Assembly (NCBI GenBank): GCA_964234715.1
Contig: OZ174291.1
Strand: one strand, 5' to 3'
Origin: Podarcis melisellensis
Lineage: Eukaryota
Length of the DNA: 64,000 bases
The position numbers were made by a program, and so were the translations under genes. Positions 26,823 to 39,520 of this stretch are shown here, one piece after another. Within the stretch, counting starts at the first letter, position 1; each line of letters starts with the position of its first letter. The notes beneath the pieces are model-generated. The model was not told the DNA's origin and searched no databases. It was given only the letters and a program-made list of their open reading frames with translations.

Positions 26823-27156
26823 ATAAGGGTGGCTCAGCTCCGCCTCCACAGTTGGAGGCAGCAATGCTTCTGAAAACCAGTTTCTGGAAACTACAGAGGG
26901 TGGAGAGAGGGGCTATTTGTACTCAGGTCCTGCTTCACAGGCCACTGTGAGAAGAGGACACTGGAAATATTAGTATTAGTATTAGCAGTATTACTAGTAT
27001 TAGTATATTATTTTATTTATACCCCGTCCATCTGACTGGGTTGTCCCAGCCACTCTGGGCAGCTTCTGACATAATTTAAAACACAACCAAATATCAATCA
27101 TAATATCAAACCTCCCGATAGAGGGTTGACTTCAGATGTCTTCTAAAAGTCAGATA

Positions 27157-27396
27157 CAGTGGTACCTCGGGTTAAGTACTTAATTCGTTCCGGAGGTCCG
27201 TACTTAACCTGAAACTGTTCTTAACCTGAAGCACCACTTTAGCTAATGGGGCTTTGTGCTGCCGCTGCGCCCCAGAGCACGATTTCTGTTCTCATCCTGA
27301 AGCAAAGTTCTTAACCTGAAGCACTTTTTCTGGGTTAGTGAGTCTGTAACCTGAAGCGTATGTAACCTGAAGCGTATGTAACCCCAGTTACCACTG
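27157..27396. mobile_element. Tc1/pogo-type MITE
   Basis: TA-CAGTGGTACC...TACCACTG-TA with internal TAACCTGAAG repeats; the same family occurs in reverse orientation at 55296-55537. Confidence 0.8.
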
Positions 27397-29699
27397 TAGT
27401 TGTTTCCTTGACATCTGATAGGAGGGTGTTCCACAGGGAGGGCACCACCACCAAGAAGGCCCTCTGCCTGGTTTCCTATAACTTCTCTTCTTGCAATGAG
27501 GGAACTGCCAGAAGGCCCTCGCAACTGGACCTCAGTGTCCAGCCTGACTGATGGGGGTGAGACACTCCTTCAGGTATACAGATGGGCCATTGGCCTGACT
27601 CAGCTGCCGCCTCTTATGTTCTTATGATAAATCACCTGCCTTCTCTTTAAGAGTAAATGACAGGATCTCTCTCCCTTCAGTGCTGGAAAATTCTGCCTTT
27701 GAGGGACTATCAGATGTTAGCCATCCCTGCCCTTAGCCAGTCCCCAAATTCACAATTTCTCCATCTCAGGAGGCAAGGAGCAAACCGGGCGTATAACCCA
27801 GGGAGGCAGACACATTTTCTTGGCAGCTCCCTGGCACCCAGGAGAACTTTGCCCTGCTCACTTGGCACCCACAGGAAGCAATGCTAACAGCCGTGCCATA
27901 AAGAGCTGCAGCGAAGGGACTCTGGACCCGCCAGGAGCAGGTGGCCAAGGAGCTCCAGCCCAGGCCTCTGCCTTCATCTGCTGGGCTTTGTGGAACTTTG
28001 CCCAACTGCTAGGGCTGATGATCGGTCAGGGCGGGAAGGCTTTAAGGCTTTAAATGGCTTTAAATGAATAAAGAAATAAAGTTGCCATGCCTTGCCCTAG
28101 CAAGGCAACTTTCCTACCAAACCACAGGTGCCAAAGTGGGGGCATTGCTTTCATTTTCTTTTTGGTGGGGCATTGGGCCAGCTGCAGTTACCACCTCACC
28201 TTGGCCTCCACAGTCACTTACAGACTCACTGTTAAGAATCACCGTGTTCATGGAAGAAAACCATACTCGGCTACGACTAATCGCCAAAGAAGAAGAAGAC
28301 CACCTCACCATCAGCTTCCTATAACTCAGTGGTCCCCAAACCTTTTCAGGCTGTCTTGGCCCCATGAACTCACTCCCAGTGCTACCTGCGCTATCCTTTA
28401 AAAAGCATCATTAGAACAGCGGTTTGCATAACCCGCTAAGGAAGATAATAACACCATTGCATTCAAAATAATTAATTGCACAATTAATTTAAAGAAACCC
28501 AGTTAATGCTCTATAGTTGAACTAATTTGACACAACTGGTCAACTTTTCAAAGCTTTTCAGAGTCTGAAAGTCATTTACAGTGCCCCCCCCCCGGTAATT
28601 GCGTTCTTAATATTCTATTGGGAGCTGTCCAGAGTTGCTGGGGAAACCCAGCCAGGCTTGCTTAGGGGTCTCAGAGCCGGCTGCACAGCACACCCCACTG
28701 AGCCCACCACCTGCCCTGTTGCACCTGCCCCCTGAAGCAGCTGCCTTTTCCTCTTCCTCCTCATACCCAATGGTAGAGCCGGCCCTGAACGCCTCTCCTT
28801 TGGCAAATTGAGAATGCCCCACCCCCTCCATCGCCCCCCACCCAATGATAGCTTTGAAAGCAGGCAATGCCCGCTTGCTCCCAGAGTCCAGGCCAAACAT
28901 GCCAGCTGCACCCTCCAAATCAAGAGGGCACCTGGGAACAGTGGGTGCCCTCAGGGCAAGACTTTGGGGCAGAAGCCACACACCCACACCCCAAAAGGGA
29001 CACAGGAAGCTGACTTATTCTGAGAGCCAGAGCCTTGGGTCTAATTAGTTCAATATTGTCTACCCTGACTGGCAGCAGTGGTTTCAACCTGACCTGAGGG
29101 GGTGTTATCAAACGCTTCCCCCTCCCCAGCAGCCACAGGACTGCAGGTGAAGGAATACACACATTTAAATAGGCCCTAAAGATCCCTAGACATCTGTAGA
29201 CCAGCAAGTCTGCCATCGAAAATGACCTAATTGCACCACTGCTTAAGGGGGGGGGACAGGAAGGGAGAGCCCCCAAAATAAGCAGAGCTCCCTCCCTCCT
29301 TGGAGAGCATAACCTGAGCCGGGGGGCGGCGAGAGAGACACAGGTGGATGGAGCAGGAAAGGTAACACACACAATAAAAAAACACACACTCACCTTTGCC
29401 AGCAATGAAGATGGCTGTTGATAGCTACCAGCTATTATTTGTCTTTATGGTGGCAGGCAGCAATGGTTCTGAATCCCAGTTGCTGGGAACTTTGGGAGGG
29501 GAGACGGCTCTTGAGTTCGAGTCCTGCTTGCAGGTTCCCCCAAAATAAACACCTGGCTGGCCACTGCGAGAACAAGGGGGATGTGCTAGGTGGGCCATTG
29601 GCCTGTGTTGTGATCAGCGGTCCTCAAGCCCCACCGTGCGCCCCCAGGTCTGTCCCCGAGGATGCCCAGGGTGAGAACTGCTCAGCCACCCCTCTCCCA

Positions 29700-29965
29700 G
29701 GGCGCTCATAATGCCCAGGCAGGTTAATGATTACCGCGGCTGCAAATATTTGAGGATTGCTGCGGGGATGCAAAGTACAGGGCACAGGAAGACTTGTGAG
29801 GGGCCTTGGCAAAGCTCAGGGCCTCCTCCACCCTGACCTACTGGAGAGGACACTCCCCAGCCCCACCCCAAGAACCAAGCAGGCGGGGAGAAGCTCCCTC
29901 CTCCTTCCCGTCAATGCCCCCTCCCCTTTGTCTGTGGAACTGAGAAGCTGATAGGGGTTAATTCC
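29700..29965 (-). promoter_or_regulatory. Candidate promoter/enhancer of the miR-194-2/192 host transcript (HNF1, FOXA, HNF4, GATA motif cluster)
   Basis: GGTTAATGATTACC (29722-29735, near-consensus HNF1 palindrome), TGCAAATATTTG (29741-29752, FOXA-like), CAAAGTACA (29771-29779, HNF4-like), TGATAG (29949) and GTTAAT (29957). Lies 5.6 kb upstream of miR-194 on the minus strand. Confidence 0.55.
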
Positions 29966-32939
29966 TGGTTCGTATTTTTAAGAGGAAGTGTCAGGCTTAA
30001 AGACTGCAGCCCCACCCTCTCTAAACTCTCACGCTCCACCTGGAAAAACCCTTTCCCCTAGAACGCTCCAGTTCCCCTGGATGAACCAGGCGTACGCAGT
30101 GGGACAAGAGGGGGTGCACTCTGCACATGCTCAGAGGAACACCCGCTGGCGGTTTCCCCCTTCCGCAGTGCTGTCTGTCCCTTGCTCATGTCCAGCCCTG
30201 TTGGGGAGTGGGAACAGGGAATCAGGCTGGCCCCTGTTGGCTGGCACAGCCCAGCCTGCTGCTGACAGGATCCGTGCCATCGTCAGCATCATCATAGAGA
30301 GCAATGTGGTATCCTGACTTCTAATAAGCTACAAAGTAGGGGGAAGAAAGAGCAAGCGAAATCTCCATAACTACAAAAAAAGGGTCAGCTATAGTGGGAT
30401 GGATGCATCTCTCAATATTGGTTCATTTCCCCAGTCTTAAATTTATTTCTCCACATTTCTGCAGCAATTTGCATTAAAAACACACACACAATTAAAATTT
30501 GCAAGTATTTTAGTGCAACTTTCTCCTGATAAACCCATTTTGTAAGCTGTTTCCCCTAATATAATGCAATGGTGTCTGCTCTTTTCACTAATACAGGCAT
30601 TTATGTGCACACTTTATCCCAGTAAATGCATCTTGCTATACATTATGTGGCTGGAGAAGTGCTTTGCAAAATTCAGAGAGGTGCAAAATTCAAAGGGAGG
30701 CTGCATTTCAGTTCAAGGGCCCTTTTGGCAGCTGCCAAAACTTCAGTTGCCCCCAAATGCAGAACCTTGCAGGACTCGCGACTTTTGCTCTAGTTATGAA
30801 AATATGTGGAGTTTAGCATTAGCTGGAAAAAATATCTCATAAATTACTTGTGGCCTAAGGCCTGGAGGACCCTGAGATTTTATCTCATACGCAACAAACA
30901 ACCTCTCCTTGTGGCAACATGAAAACTGGTCCTAAATACTTTGCCAAGCTAATATCCAGTCTCTCCCAGATGTTCTGTGCTGCTTTCTTGTGCTTCTCCT
31001 ATTTGTTTGTTTGGTTTTATTGTATTGATTTGTTTTATTTACTTCAATAAAAAAATAAAAATAAAAAAGACCATTCTGGAATGTTCAAATCTGGCAAGTT
31101 CACCTTTGAACTTGAACTGGATCCAATATCTCCTCCCATCCTTCTTCCCAGGGGCTGGTGGATAACTTGCTAACTCAGAACACAAATGCAAACCCCCCCC
31201 CCCAGTCCAAGACGCTCCTGAACTTCCACATTCCTCCTCCTCTGTTTGGGGCTATGCAAACTCATGCAATTACACACAACGATCGCCTACTGTCACCCAG
31301 GACCGAAAGTCCCATTTCTCTGTCAGGCATGAAGGTCAGTTGTGGGGCTCCTGTTCCTCCCCCCTCCCAGTGGGTCTGGGGGCCCTGCTGTCTAATCTCA
31401 GGTGGGAACAGAGGGCCTTCAAGCTCCCCTGAGCCTCTTGCACCCCATTCCCAGCCTTCTCCAAGGAGCACAACCTACCTTAGGGTGACAACGGGACGTC
31501 CCTTGCAGATGAGCTGAGCTGCAGAGGTATTTTCCGGGTGCAGGGGGCCTCTGGGCAGAGGGCAGCCCCAGCCAGGCCTCGCTCAGCATCTGGGGCAGAG
31601 GGACCATCCTCAGCCCCCCTCCCTCCGTTTTTAGAGCCAACCCCTGCAGGCACAAACCCTGCCCTTGAATGGGCTTCTGACCTCAGCCTTCTGCTGGCAG
31701 GCCCTTGGGTGCTCTGGGTGGCCCAGTTGGGTGCCTGGAAAGGGAGGCTCCTTTCCTCTCTTATCTCCTGCAAGCAGTTGGGTGTGACCTGAGCCCAGCC
31801 AAAGGCTGCATTTTCAAGTTCTGCTCTGTTTTTTCCTGGCAGGGCTCGGCAGCCTGGGTCCCTTAGCTCCTGGCAGGCAGAATTTCAGGAGCTATAGCGC
31901 TCTCTCTTTTTTATTTTCCTGAAATGGATGGGAAATGGCATGCAGAGCTACACCTGTTGGATGTTTGCCTATCCTGCAGCCACTAAAAGTCTGGGGGTTC
32001 CAGGCCCTCTAACATTTCTCGAATGAAAATAGGGAAATTTCTCACTCTCCCCCAACTGACCCTCGTTAAACTCCCCCTCTCCATTTTTGTCCCCCACCTG
32101 CAAAGCATTTCCTATCAGAAGAGAGGCAGGTGCCACCACCACTACACCAATGGGACACAGCACACACGCCCTGCGAAAACCCCTTAATCCCGATGTTATT
32201 TTATTTTTTTCTACGGGAGATTTACAAAAAGAAAAACACACACCAATAAATAAATTTTAGAAAGGGGCAAGAGACACAATTTTTTTTTTTTTAAATCAAG
32301 ACACCTTGTGCACTGCCAAAGAGCGAGCCGGCAGTAAATCACACTGTTCAATGCTGGAGTTAACTCTTTATTAGCAAAAACACAATTTTCACAGACTTGG
32401 CTGAGTCTCAGGCCTAATGAGCGCAGCAGGTGGGTCTGGCCCCATTAATCAGTTACCAAGACCAGGCATAGGCAAACTTGGCCTACAACACCCATGATCC
32501 CTAGCTAACAGGACCAGTGGTCAGGCATGATGGGAATTGTAGTCCCAAAACATGTGGAGGGCCAAGTTTGCCTATGCCTGGGCAAAACTGAAGGTCCTCT
32601 TGTCTGCAGGGCTTTCTTCCAGGCAATTGGAGACTCTGCCTGCATGTAGCCTGTCGCTGCTCTGCCCATTTCACCCCTCTTCTGATTCTATCGCAGCAGG
32701 AGGGGGACACCCATGACTCTTCACCAGCCTAACCTGCCTCTCGGCCTCCCCCTCTCCTGCTTCAGCTTCTGCCTCTGATTCTGGACTGCTCTGCCACCGA
32801 CTCTCTCAGCTCACTGAGCCCTGTTGCTCTTCCCAGTCTTCTCCCTCTGACCACTCATCGTTGGGATACTGCCAGGGAGACGGGGGCATTTGGCAGGCCC
32901 CCAGCTGGCTCCAGCCACTGGCTGGCAGCCGGGCAATCT

Positions 32940-33279
32940 CTGGTACAGCATCAATCAGCAACACAAGCCTCAGATACGTTTAGAGACTCGGCACACTCTT
33001 ATTAGCAGAGTGAATAACTTCTCACAACGGAAGTGGCGTACAGAGACATGTGTAAGCATTGTTTACAGGCATTTATTCAGCATAGTTCAGGAACAAAGGA
33101 AAAACATGTCTGCTTCCCTTCGTGTCCAAGCACACAGCAGTATAGCAAAAGCAATATACAAACGGAAGTTCCCAGCAAGCCTGTGCTGGAAGTAAACAGG
33201 CATGTGACACACAGCAGTCATGCCTGTTCCTTTTAAGGTGGAACGGAACTATATCCTAACAGTCCCACCACCACTCCCC
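32940..33279 (-). mobile_element. Possible LTR remnant
   Basis: On the minus strand a purine-rich GGGGAGTGGTGGTGGGAC runs directly into TGTTAGGA (33261), with AATAAA about 260 nt further on. No partner LTR or coding part was identified. Confidence 0.35.
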
Positions 33280-33654
33280 AGGCTCAGGGTATCCTTCCCT
33301 TGGTGGTTCCCCAAGCTGGTTGCTCCCACCATTCCTCTGCATCCAACGAGTCCGTGACATGCCTCTGTTAAGAAACAGTGCTTCTGGACATGTGCCGAAC
33401 GCCTTCTCCTCCTCGGCACTGGGGAGCTGCTCCCAGCTCATTCAACTCTGGCCTTAGGGGCCTTAGATTCTGCTCCAGCGGCCAGCCTGAGCTCTCCAGT
33501 GGCTCTGCATGGGTGGGCGGGCTACCCTAGGAGACAGTGGGAGTTCAGGAGAACCCTGGACTAGTGAACTCACAATGGGGGGCTGTGTGGCGGGCAATGA
33601 AATTCCAGAACGCCTCCACTTGGCCTCAGAGTCACAAGCCACCTGACCAGCGCC

Positions 33655-33930
33655 ATGGCTTCCCCAAGGGAGCTGCTGCCCTTGACCCTAGTCTGGGCGC
33701 TGGTGCTGCTGGGAGGGACAAAGGGGGCTGGTCCCGAGGGTCCCTGCGAAACACAAGTACGATATCGAGAGAGCAGCTCAGAGACTGGCGGCAGCTGGCT
33801 TGGCACAATTGCTCTGCTCAGCAGTGTTTGTGCCACGTGGCTTTTTGTTTTTTATGCAATCCATTGCCTATGTGCCAGCAAGGACCGGTGCAGCCAGGGG
33901 CTAGAGGGGGACTGCGACCTGCGTTGGAAG
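33655..33930 (+). CDS. Uncharacterised single-pass membrane protein, paralog A, exon 1 (signal peptide, short ectodomain, TM)
   Basis: GCCATGG Kozak. MASPRELLPLTLVWALVLLGGTKGA (signal-like), CETQVRYR, then hydrophobic WLGTIALLSSVCATWLFVFYAIHCLC. The 92 codons end at a phase-0 AAG|GTGAGG donor. Mirrors paralog B exon 1. Confidence 0.75.
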
Positions 33931-36111
33931 GTGAGGGAACATCTACCTGTCTTCCTGTGTACCTACTGTCGGAGGGAACCGGCAGGGAGAACAGGTTGTT
34001 TGCAGAACAGAGAAAGACTGGGAAACACCAGTTAACTTTCTTTATTAAGGAAGCGGAACAGAGAACATGCAGAGACTTCTATGGGTTACTCCTGTCTTAG
34101 CAGTTGTCTGGACTGGCTTGCAACTCCCTGCTTCACTCTCTAACCTTCTGTGTCAGGCCTCTTCCTCTGTCTACGGCGAGACTCAAAGGACCCTCTCTGT
34201 TTCTGCTTGGTGACACACAGTAGACGCCTTGATCTGGGAGTTTGTGGGGCTTGCAGGCTGCCAGCAGAAAAGCTGTCAGGGTGTTTCTGCGGTGGAGATG
34301 GCAATCTGATTCCTGTTGGCTGGGGCACCTGCCCTCCTTCCAAGCTCCCAGCGTCTAGCACATCCCACCTTTTCCCCTCCTCTGAGGTGTGGCTGGTTTC
34401 CCAGGAGCCTGGATCCACATTCTCTCCCTGGGGGAAAGGTGGCTCAGGTGGGCTTCCACCTTGGTCAGGTGGCTTCAGGGCAGTCTTTATCAGGTACGGT
34501 GTTGGGGTGCAAATATCCGCCCAGCACCCCCAAGTTACCATGGATAGTGTTGGGGTGGCCATAGCTGTGCACTGCCAGCCATCTAGGTGGGGAGCAACTC
34601 TTCCCCATGCCACTGCAGGAGAGCGATCCCTGCAGAGGCTTGGGAGGGAAGCTGCGCCTGCTAGCCTTATGGTTGGTGGGGCGCCGCTGGCGGGCATGCA
34701 GGGAAAGAGGAGGCCACCGGCAAAGCCATGCAGCTCCCCCACTTGCTGGGGTGCGCCTGAGAGGCTGGCGCCCTGGCACGACGCACCACTAAGCCCTATG
34801 GGAAAGACGGCTCAGGCTGGCTTCCATCACTCCTCATCTAGCCAGTCTTTGACACTGACCTTCCCATCCATCTGCTCCATTTATCTTCCATCTTTCCTCC
34901 AAGGAGCTCAAGGTGGCAAACGTACTTCTCCTCCTCCCCATCTTATCCCCACAACAGTCCTGAGAGGTAGGTGAGGCTGAGAGGCAGTGGCTGGCCCCCG
35001 AGGTCACACCCAGTGAACTCCATGGCTGAGTGGGAATTTTAACCCCATTCTCCCAAGTCCTAGACCGACACTCTAACTGTGACACCACAACGGCAGGAAT
35101 CAGTGGGAATCGACTACTTTAGAAGGAAGCCCTAGCCTCTGCTGCTCATGCATTGGTGATCTCTGGAATAGGCTACTGCAATGCTCTCTCTCATTTGCGG
35201 GTGGATTTTGGGGCCCGATTTTAAGTGTTGACCTTTAAAATTGCATATGAAGTATTAAATGTGTCAAAAGTTATTTCATCTCCTCCAACCTTATCATACT
35301 TAGCAGAATATGTCTATCCCACCTGTATTCATTCAGAAACATGTGGTTTTTGTACATTGTTTCTCCTCTCCAAAAGCGGGCATTTTTACAAGCGAAGGTG
35401 CACCCTAAATAAAACGCACATCCCAAAATTCGGAACATTTATAAATGATTTAAACAGCACAGATTCCACCCTGGGATAGGGGGATCCCACTGTTCACTTC
35501 CTCCTTTTTTTGCAAGAACTGCCCTCTTGTTCCTCCCAAGATTCCTGCTCTTTGACCAGTTATTCTTAGCCATAACAAGAGGACCTGCCCTCTTATCCCA
35601 GGACTTATTGCGCTTACTCAGGAGCCCGGGGTGGAGAGACTATGCCAAAAGCCGTCTGAGGGTTTGCTGGATCCCTCGTACCTGGAGATTTAGGGAAGGC
35701 TGGCAAGATCTGCCTCTCAGCCAGGCTTGGAGCCTTTATCCATTGATGGTACATTTCTCAGGGGCCTTCTATAGGGGCCCGCATGCTTGTGGCAGGTGGG
35801 GCCACCGTCAAAAGTGAGTGGGGTCCTTTCCTTCTCTTCCACTTCCCCCCATTTTACCTCTCCCCAAAACGAGGGTTGCATGAATTGGGCTGAGGTTGGC
35901 AACTGGCCACCATGGCTGGCTTCAGGCTGCCCACCCTTCTCCTGTGTGTTTGGCCACCCTATCCTCAGAATGATAGAACTGTAGAGTTGGAAGGGACTGC
36001 CAAGGGTCATCCAGCCTGACCCCCTTGCTATGCAGAAATCACAATCAAAGAATCCCCTGGGGACAAGTGTTTGTTCTGAGTGGTCTGTTGCCTCTCCTCT
36101 TCCCCAAGCAG

Positions 36112-36459
36112 GGCGGCCAGGCAGCTTGTGGGGAAGGAGAAGAGAACCACCTCGCTGCATCTCAGGAGCTGGCCTGCACCCGAACCAGGGGCACGTCTCG
36201 CAAGCCGGTCTGCAGCCAGGCCCAGCAAGCCTACGCCCGGCAGCTGGCCTGCATGGAGCAAGAACTGGAAGGCTTCCTCTCCGAGGTGAGGAACCGGCGG
36301 AACGCCCTCGGAGACATCGTGGTGGAGGAGAGGTGCCCCCAGAACACGGAGCGGGGCCAAGACAAGCTGCGCATCACTGTCTACGAGATCTCAGACACCG
36401 AGGGGGCCGGGCGGCCGCAGCAGAGAAGACGCAGGCGGAAGATGCAACTTTCATATTAA
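36112..36459 (+). CDS. Paralog A, exon 2 (cytoplasmic tail)
   Basis: Pyrimidine tract with a NAGNAG acceptor (AAG|CAG|, start 36109 or 36112), phase 0 matching exon 1. CpG/GC3-rich. Contains MEQELEGFLSEVR, DKLRITVYEI and a basic tail RRRRRK; stop TAA at 36457-36459. Spliced product about 207 aa. Confidence 0.75.
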   Translation, partial: GGQAACGEGEENHLAASQELACTRTRGTSRKPVCSQAQQAYARQLACMEQELEGFLSEVRNRRNALGDIVVEERCPQNTERGQDKLRITVYEISDTEGAGRPQQRRRRRKMQLSY

Positions 36460-36474
36460 TTATATAAAAAAGAC

Positions 36475-37115
36475 ATACATGAGAGCTGAGTTGGCCTGGC
36501 TTGGAACATGGGTGCACATGGGTGTATATTGGTATACATGGGTTATGTGGAAGTACCTGGGGGTACACACTGGTATACCTGAGTGCATATGAGTGCATGG
36601 CTTGCACACGGGCGTGTACATGGGTATACATGAGTGCACGTGGGTGCATGTGAGTATACATATTTGTATGGGGGACATGGGTGGCGCTGTGGTCTAAACC
36701 ACTGAGCCTCTTGGGCTTGCTGATCGGAGGGTCGGCGGTTTGAATCCCCATGATGGAGTGAGCTCCCATTGCTCTGTCCCAGCTCCTGCCAACCTAACAG
36801 TCTGAAAGTGCAAGTAGATAAAAAGGTACCGCTGCGGTAGGAAGGTAAACAGCGTTTCTGTGTGCTCTGGTTTCCGACACGGTGTCCCGTTGTGCCAGAA
36901 GTGGTTTAGTCCTGCTGGCCACATGACCCAGAAAGCTGTCTGTGGACAAACGCTGGCTCCCTCGGCCTGAAAGTGAGATAAGCATTGCAACCCCATAGTC
37001 ACTTTAACCGTCCAGGAGTCCTTTACCTTTTCCCCCTACCTATTTGTATGGGCATACATGGGTTACTTGGGGGTATACATGGAAACATATGGGTGCAGAG
37101 GGGGTGCACATGGAT
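36475..37115 (+). repeat. Degenerate ~10-12-bp tandem repeat (TACATGGGTG-like), split by a SINE
   Basis: Recurring CATGGGT/CATGAGT/GTATAC units at 36475-36670 and 37040-37115. Confidence 0.7.
36671..37040 (+). mobile_element. Sauria SINE (older subtype) inserted in a degenerate tandem repeat
   Basis: Consensus head and core; TSD TATTTGTATGGG. Confidence 0.85.
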
Positions 37116-38377
37116 GTGCTGTGGGACTTCATGTGGCTAAAGAGAAAGTGCTATGAGGTCAGAGCTTGAGTAAAGATGGGCAGTCATGCTTAGCTACAGA
37201 GACTAAGGGGAGCCAAGAGGACTCAAATGTTATTTATTGCATTTCTATCCCATGATTTTCTCCAAAGAGCTTTATTATTGGCTTCTGCACCAAAGGAGCC
37301 AAGCCTATCATTGCAGTATTGGGAATAAAACATGGAGAGAGGAGACATTTGAACCCAGTCCCCGGATCTTAGTCACAATACTGCATATCCTCCAACATTT
37401 CTCCAATGAAAATAGGGGCTTCCTATTCCATTTTTATTATTATTATTACTATAATATTTTATTTATACCCCCACCCATGAAACTGGGTTGCCTCAGCCAC
37501 TGTGGGCAGCTTCCAACATTTATAAGAACAATAATAAAACATTACACATTCAAAAAACTTCCCTATGCTGGGCTGCTTTCAGATGTCTTCTACAGGCAGC
37601 ATAGTTACGTACTGTATTTTTTGCTCTATAAGACTCACTTTTTCCCTCCTAAAAAGTAAGGGGAAATGTGTGTGCATCTTATGGAGCGAATGCAGGCTGC
37701 GCAGCTATCCCAGAAGCCAGAACAGCAAGAGGGATTGCTGCTTTCACTGTGCAGCGATCCCTCTTGCTGTTCTGGCTTCTGAGATTCAGAATATTTGTTT
37801 TCTTGTTTTCCTCCTCCAAAAACTTGTGGTCTGGTGCATCTTATAGAACGAAAAATACGGTATTTATCTCCTTGGCTCAGGGTGTATGTGTCGGGAGTTA
37901 TATAACTCCATACCCTCCAACATTTATCCAGTGAAAATAGAGACATACTAAATCAAAGCAGGACATTCCAGGATCAGATCAGAAACTGGAATGGCTCCTG
38001 TAAATCTGGGACTGTCCCTGGAAAATAGGGTCTGATGCTGTTTGGTCTGATTTGTGCGGAGACTTGTTCAGATCACCTCAGCAAGGACTGGAGTCTCCAT
38101 CTATTGGCAGATTGAATAACCAGCAAGGTCTTGCCTTGTTAGCAAGCAGGGTGGTACATCTACTGCAGATTGATCAATAACAGATATCAAATCAAGAGGA
38201 GTCCAGCTTTCCTCCAGCCCAAGGCAGGGATGGCGATGATGACACAAAGGAGGGCAGCTGTGTGACTCTGGGCAGGAGGGAGGCTGGGCCAGAGAGGCCT
38301 CTGGCTTGCATGAAACACCAGGCAAGGCCAGTGCCTCCCTGCCCGCCCCACTTTCTGGCTTCCCCAAGCTCTTGGCC

Positions 38378-38662
38378 ATGGCTGTCAAAAGCTCCTCCCT
38401 GGCGTGGTCCTTCCTGGCCGTGGTCTTCATGATCGCAGGGGCCGCTGCTGTCCAGAGCGCCTGCGGACATCACTACCGCTACCGCAAGCCACGAGCCGAC
38501 ACCTACGAGTGGCAGGGCTACTTTGTGGCCCTGACCATCCTCCTGGGCAGCGGCTGCGGCCTGGCCTGGTGCATCCTCATTGTCACCTACAACATGGGCC
38601 AAAGGGGAGGCCAGGAGTTGCCACAGATCCCCTCTGCAGGTGAAGAGATGCCCGCAGCCATG
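38378..38662 (+). CDS. Uncharacterised single-pass membrane protein, paralog B, exon 1
   Basis: GCCATGG Kozak. MAVKSSSLAWSFLAVVFMIAGAAA (signal-like), CGHHYRYR, then TM-like YFVALTILLGSGCGLAWCILIVTY. Strong C/G-ending codon bias. The 95 codons end at a phase-0 ATG|GTGAGC donor. Confidence 0.78.
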
Positions 38663-38959
38663 GTGAGCCTCGGGGAGCTGGTGGGGCAGGAAGGAGGCAG
38701 GTTGCCAGTGCGAGAAGGAAGCGGAAGGGAGCCCCTTCTGTTGCAGGAGGCCAGGTGGTCACTTCTGCGGACCTCCAGAGGTTGCTGGACACAAGAACAG
38801 CCCGTAGGTAGCTCAGGCCAAAGCGAGGGGCCTGTGCAGTCCAGCACCCAGTTCTCACAGTGGCCAAATTCCCCATGTATCCTAGGAATCCAGATAGACT
38901 GTCGCTATGCCTGGAGGTTCCATAACAACCTAAGCCGAGTCCTTCCGCTGGATCAGGCC

Positions 38960-39520
38960 CAAGGGGGACCAACTGGTCCAGCATCCTGTTCTCACAGTGG
39001 CCAACCAGATGCCCCACTGCAAACCCAAAAGCAGGACCCAAATGCAAGGGCACTCTCCCCGCCTGCCATTCCCAGCATCTGGTATTATTCATACTGACTC
39101 TGACAGTGGCGGTTCCACACAGCCTTCTCCTCAATGAACTTGCCCAATCCTCTTTGAAGGTGGCCATCGCTGCATCTTGTGGCAGTGAGTTCCCAAGTCT
39201 ATCCACTATGTGAAGAAGGACTTTGTTTCGTCTGCCCTGAATATTCCAACATTCAGCTTCACTGGGCGGCCCTGAGTACAAGGATTATGAGGGCGGAATA
39301 AAAACTTTCTCCTTATCACCTTACACCAGGCATATTTTTACACACCTCTGCCATCTCATCCTCCTCCCTCTCTCTCTCCTTTTCTCTAAATTCAAAAGAC
39401 CCAAATGTTGTAGCCTTTCCTGGTAGGGGAATTGCTCCACCGCCTTGACAGTTTTGAGTGTCCCTTTCTGACCGTCTTCTACGATATCCCATTGGATCAG
39501 ATACAAATGGTATAATGACC
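38960..39520 (-). mobile_element. CR1 LINE 3' fragment
   Basis: Decayed RT C-terminal signature (PYQERLQHLGLLNLEKRRERG) plus a CR1-like 3' UTR. Similar fragments at ~45900-46370, 51590-51900 and 57150-57430. Confidence 0.65.

Noticed and set aside
35721-35813. 93-nt AG...GTGAGT candidate middle exon for paralog A
   Set aside because: It contains a TAG stop in the required phase-0 frame.
36370-36395. ITIM-like ITVYEI in paralog A
   Set aside because: Y+3 is Ser rather than I/V/L, and paralog B has Cys at the Tyr position. There is also no ITAM and no charged TM residue, so it is not a DAP12/FcR-gamma-type adaptor.
38639-38645. Alternative donor GCAG|GTGAAG for paralog B exon 1
   Set aside because: Weaker and phase 1, so out of frame with the 40599 acceptor. 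The 38662 donor fits and matches paralog A.
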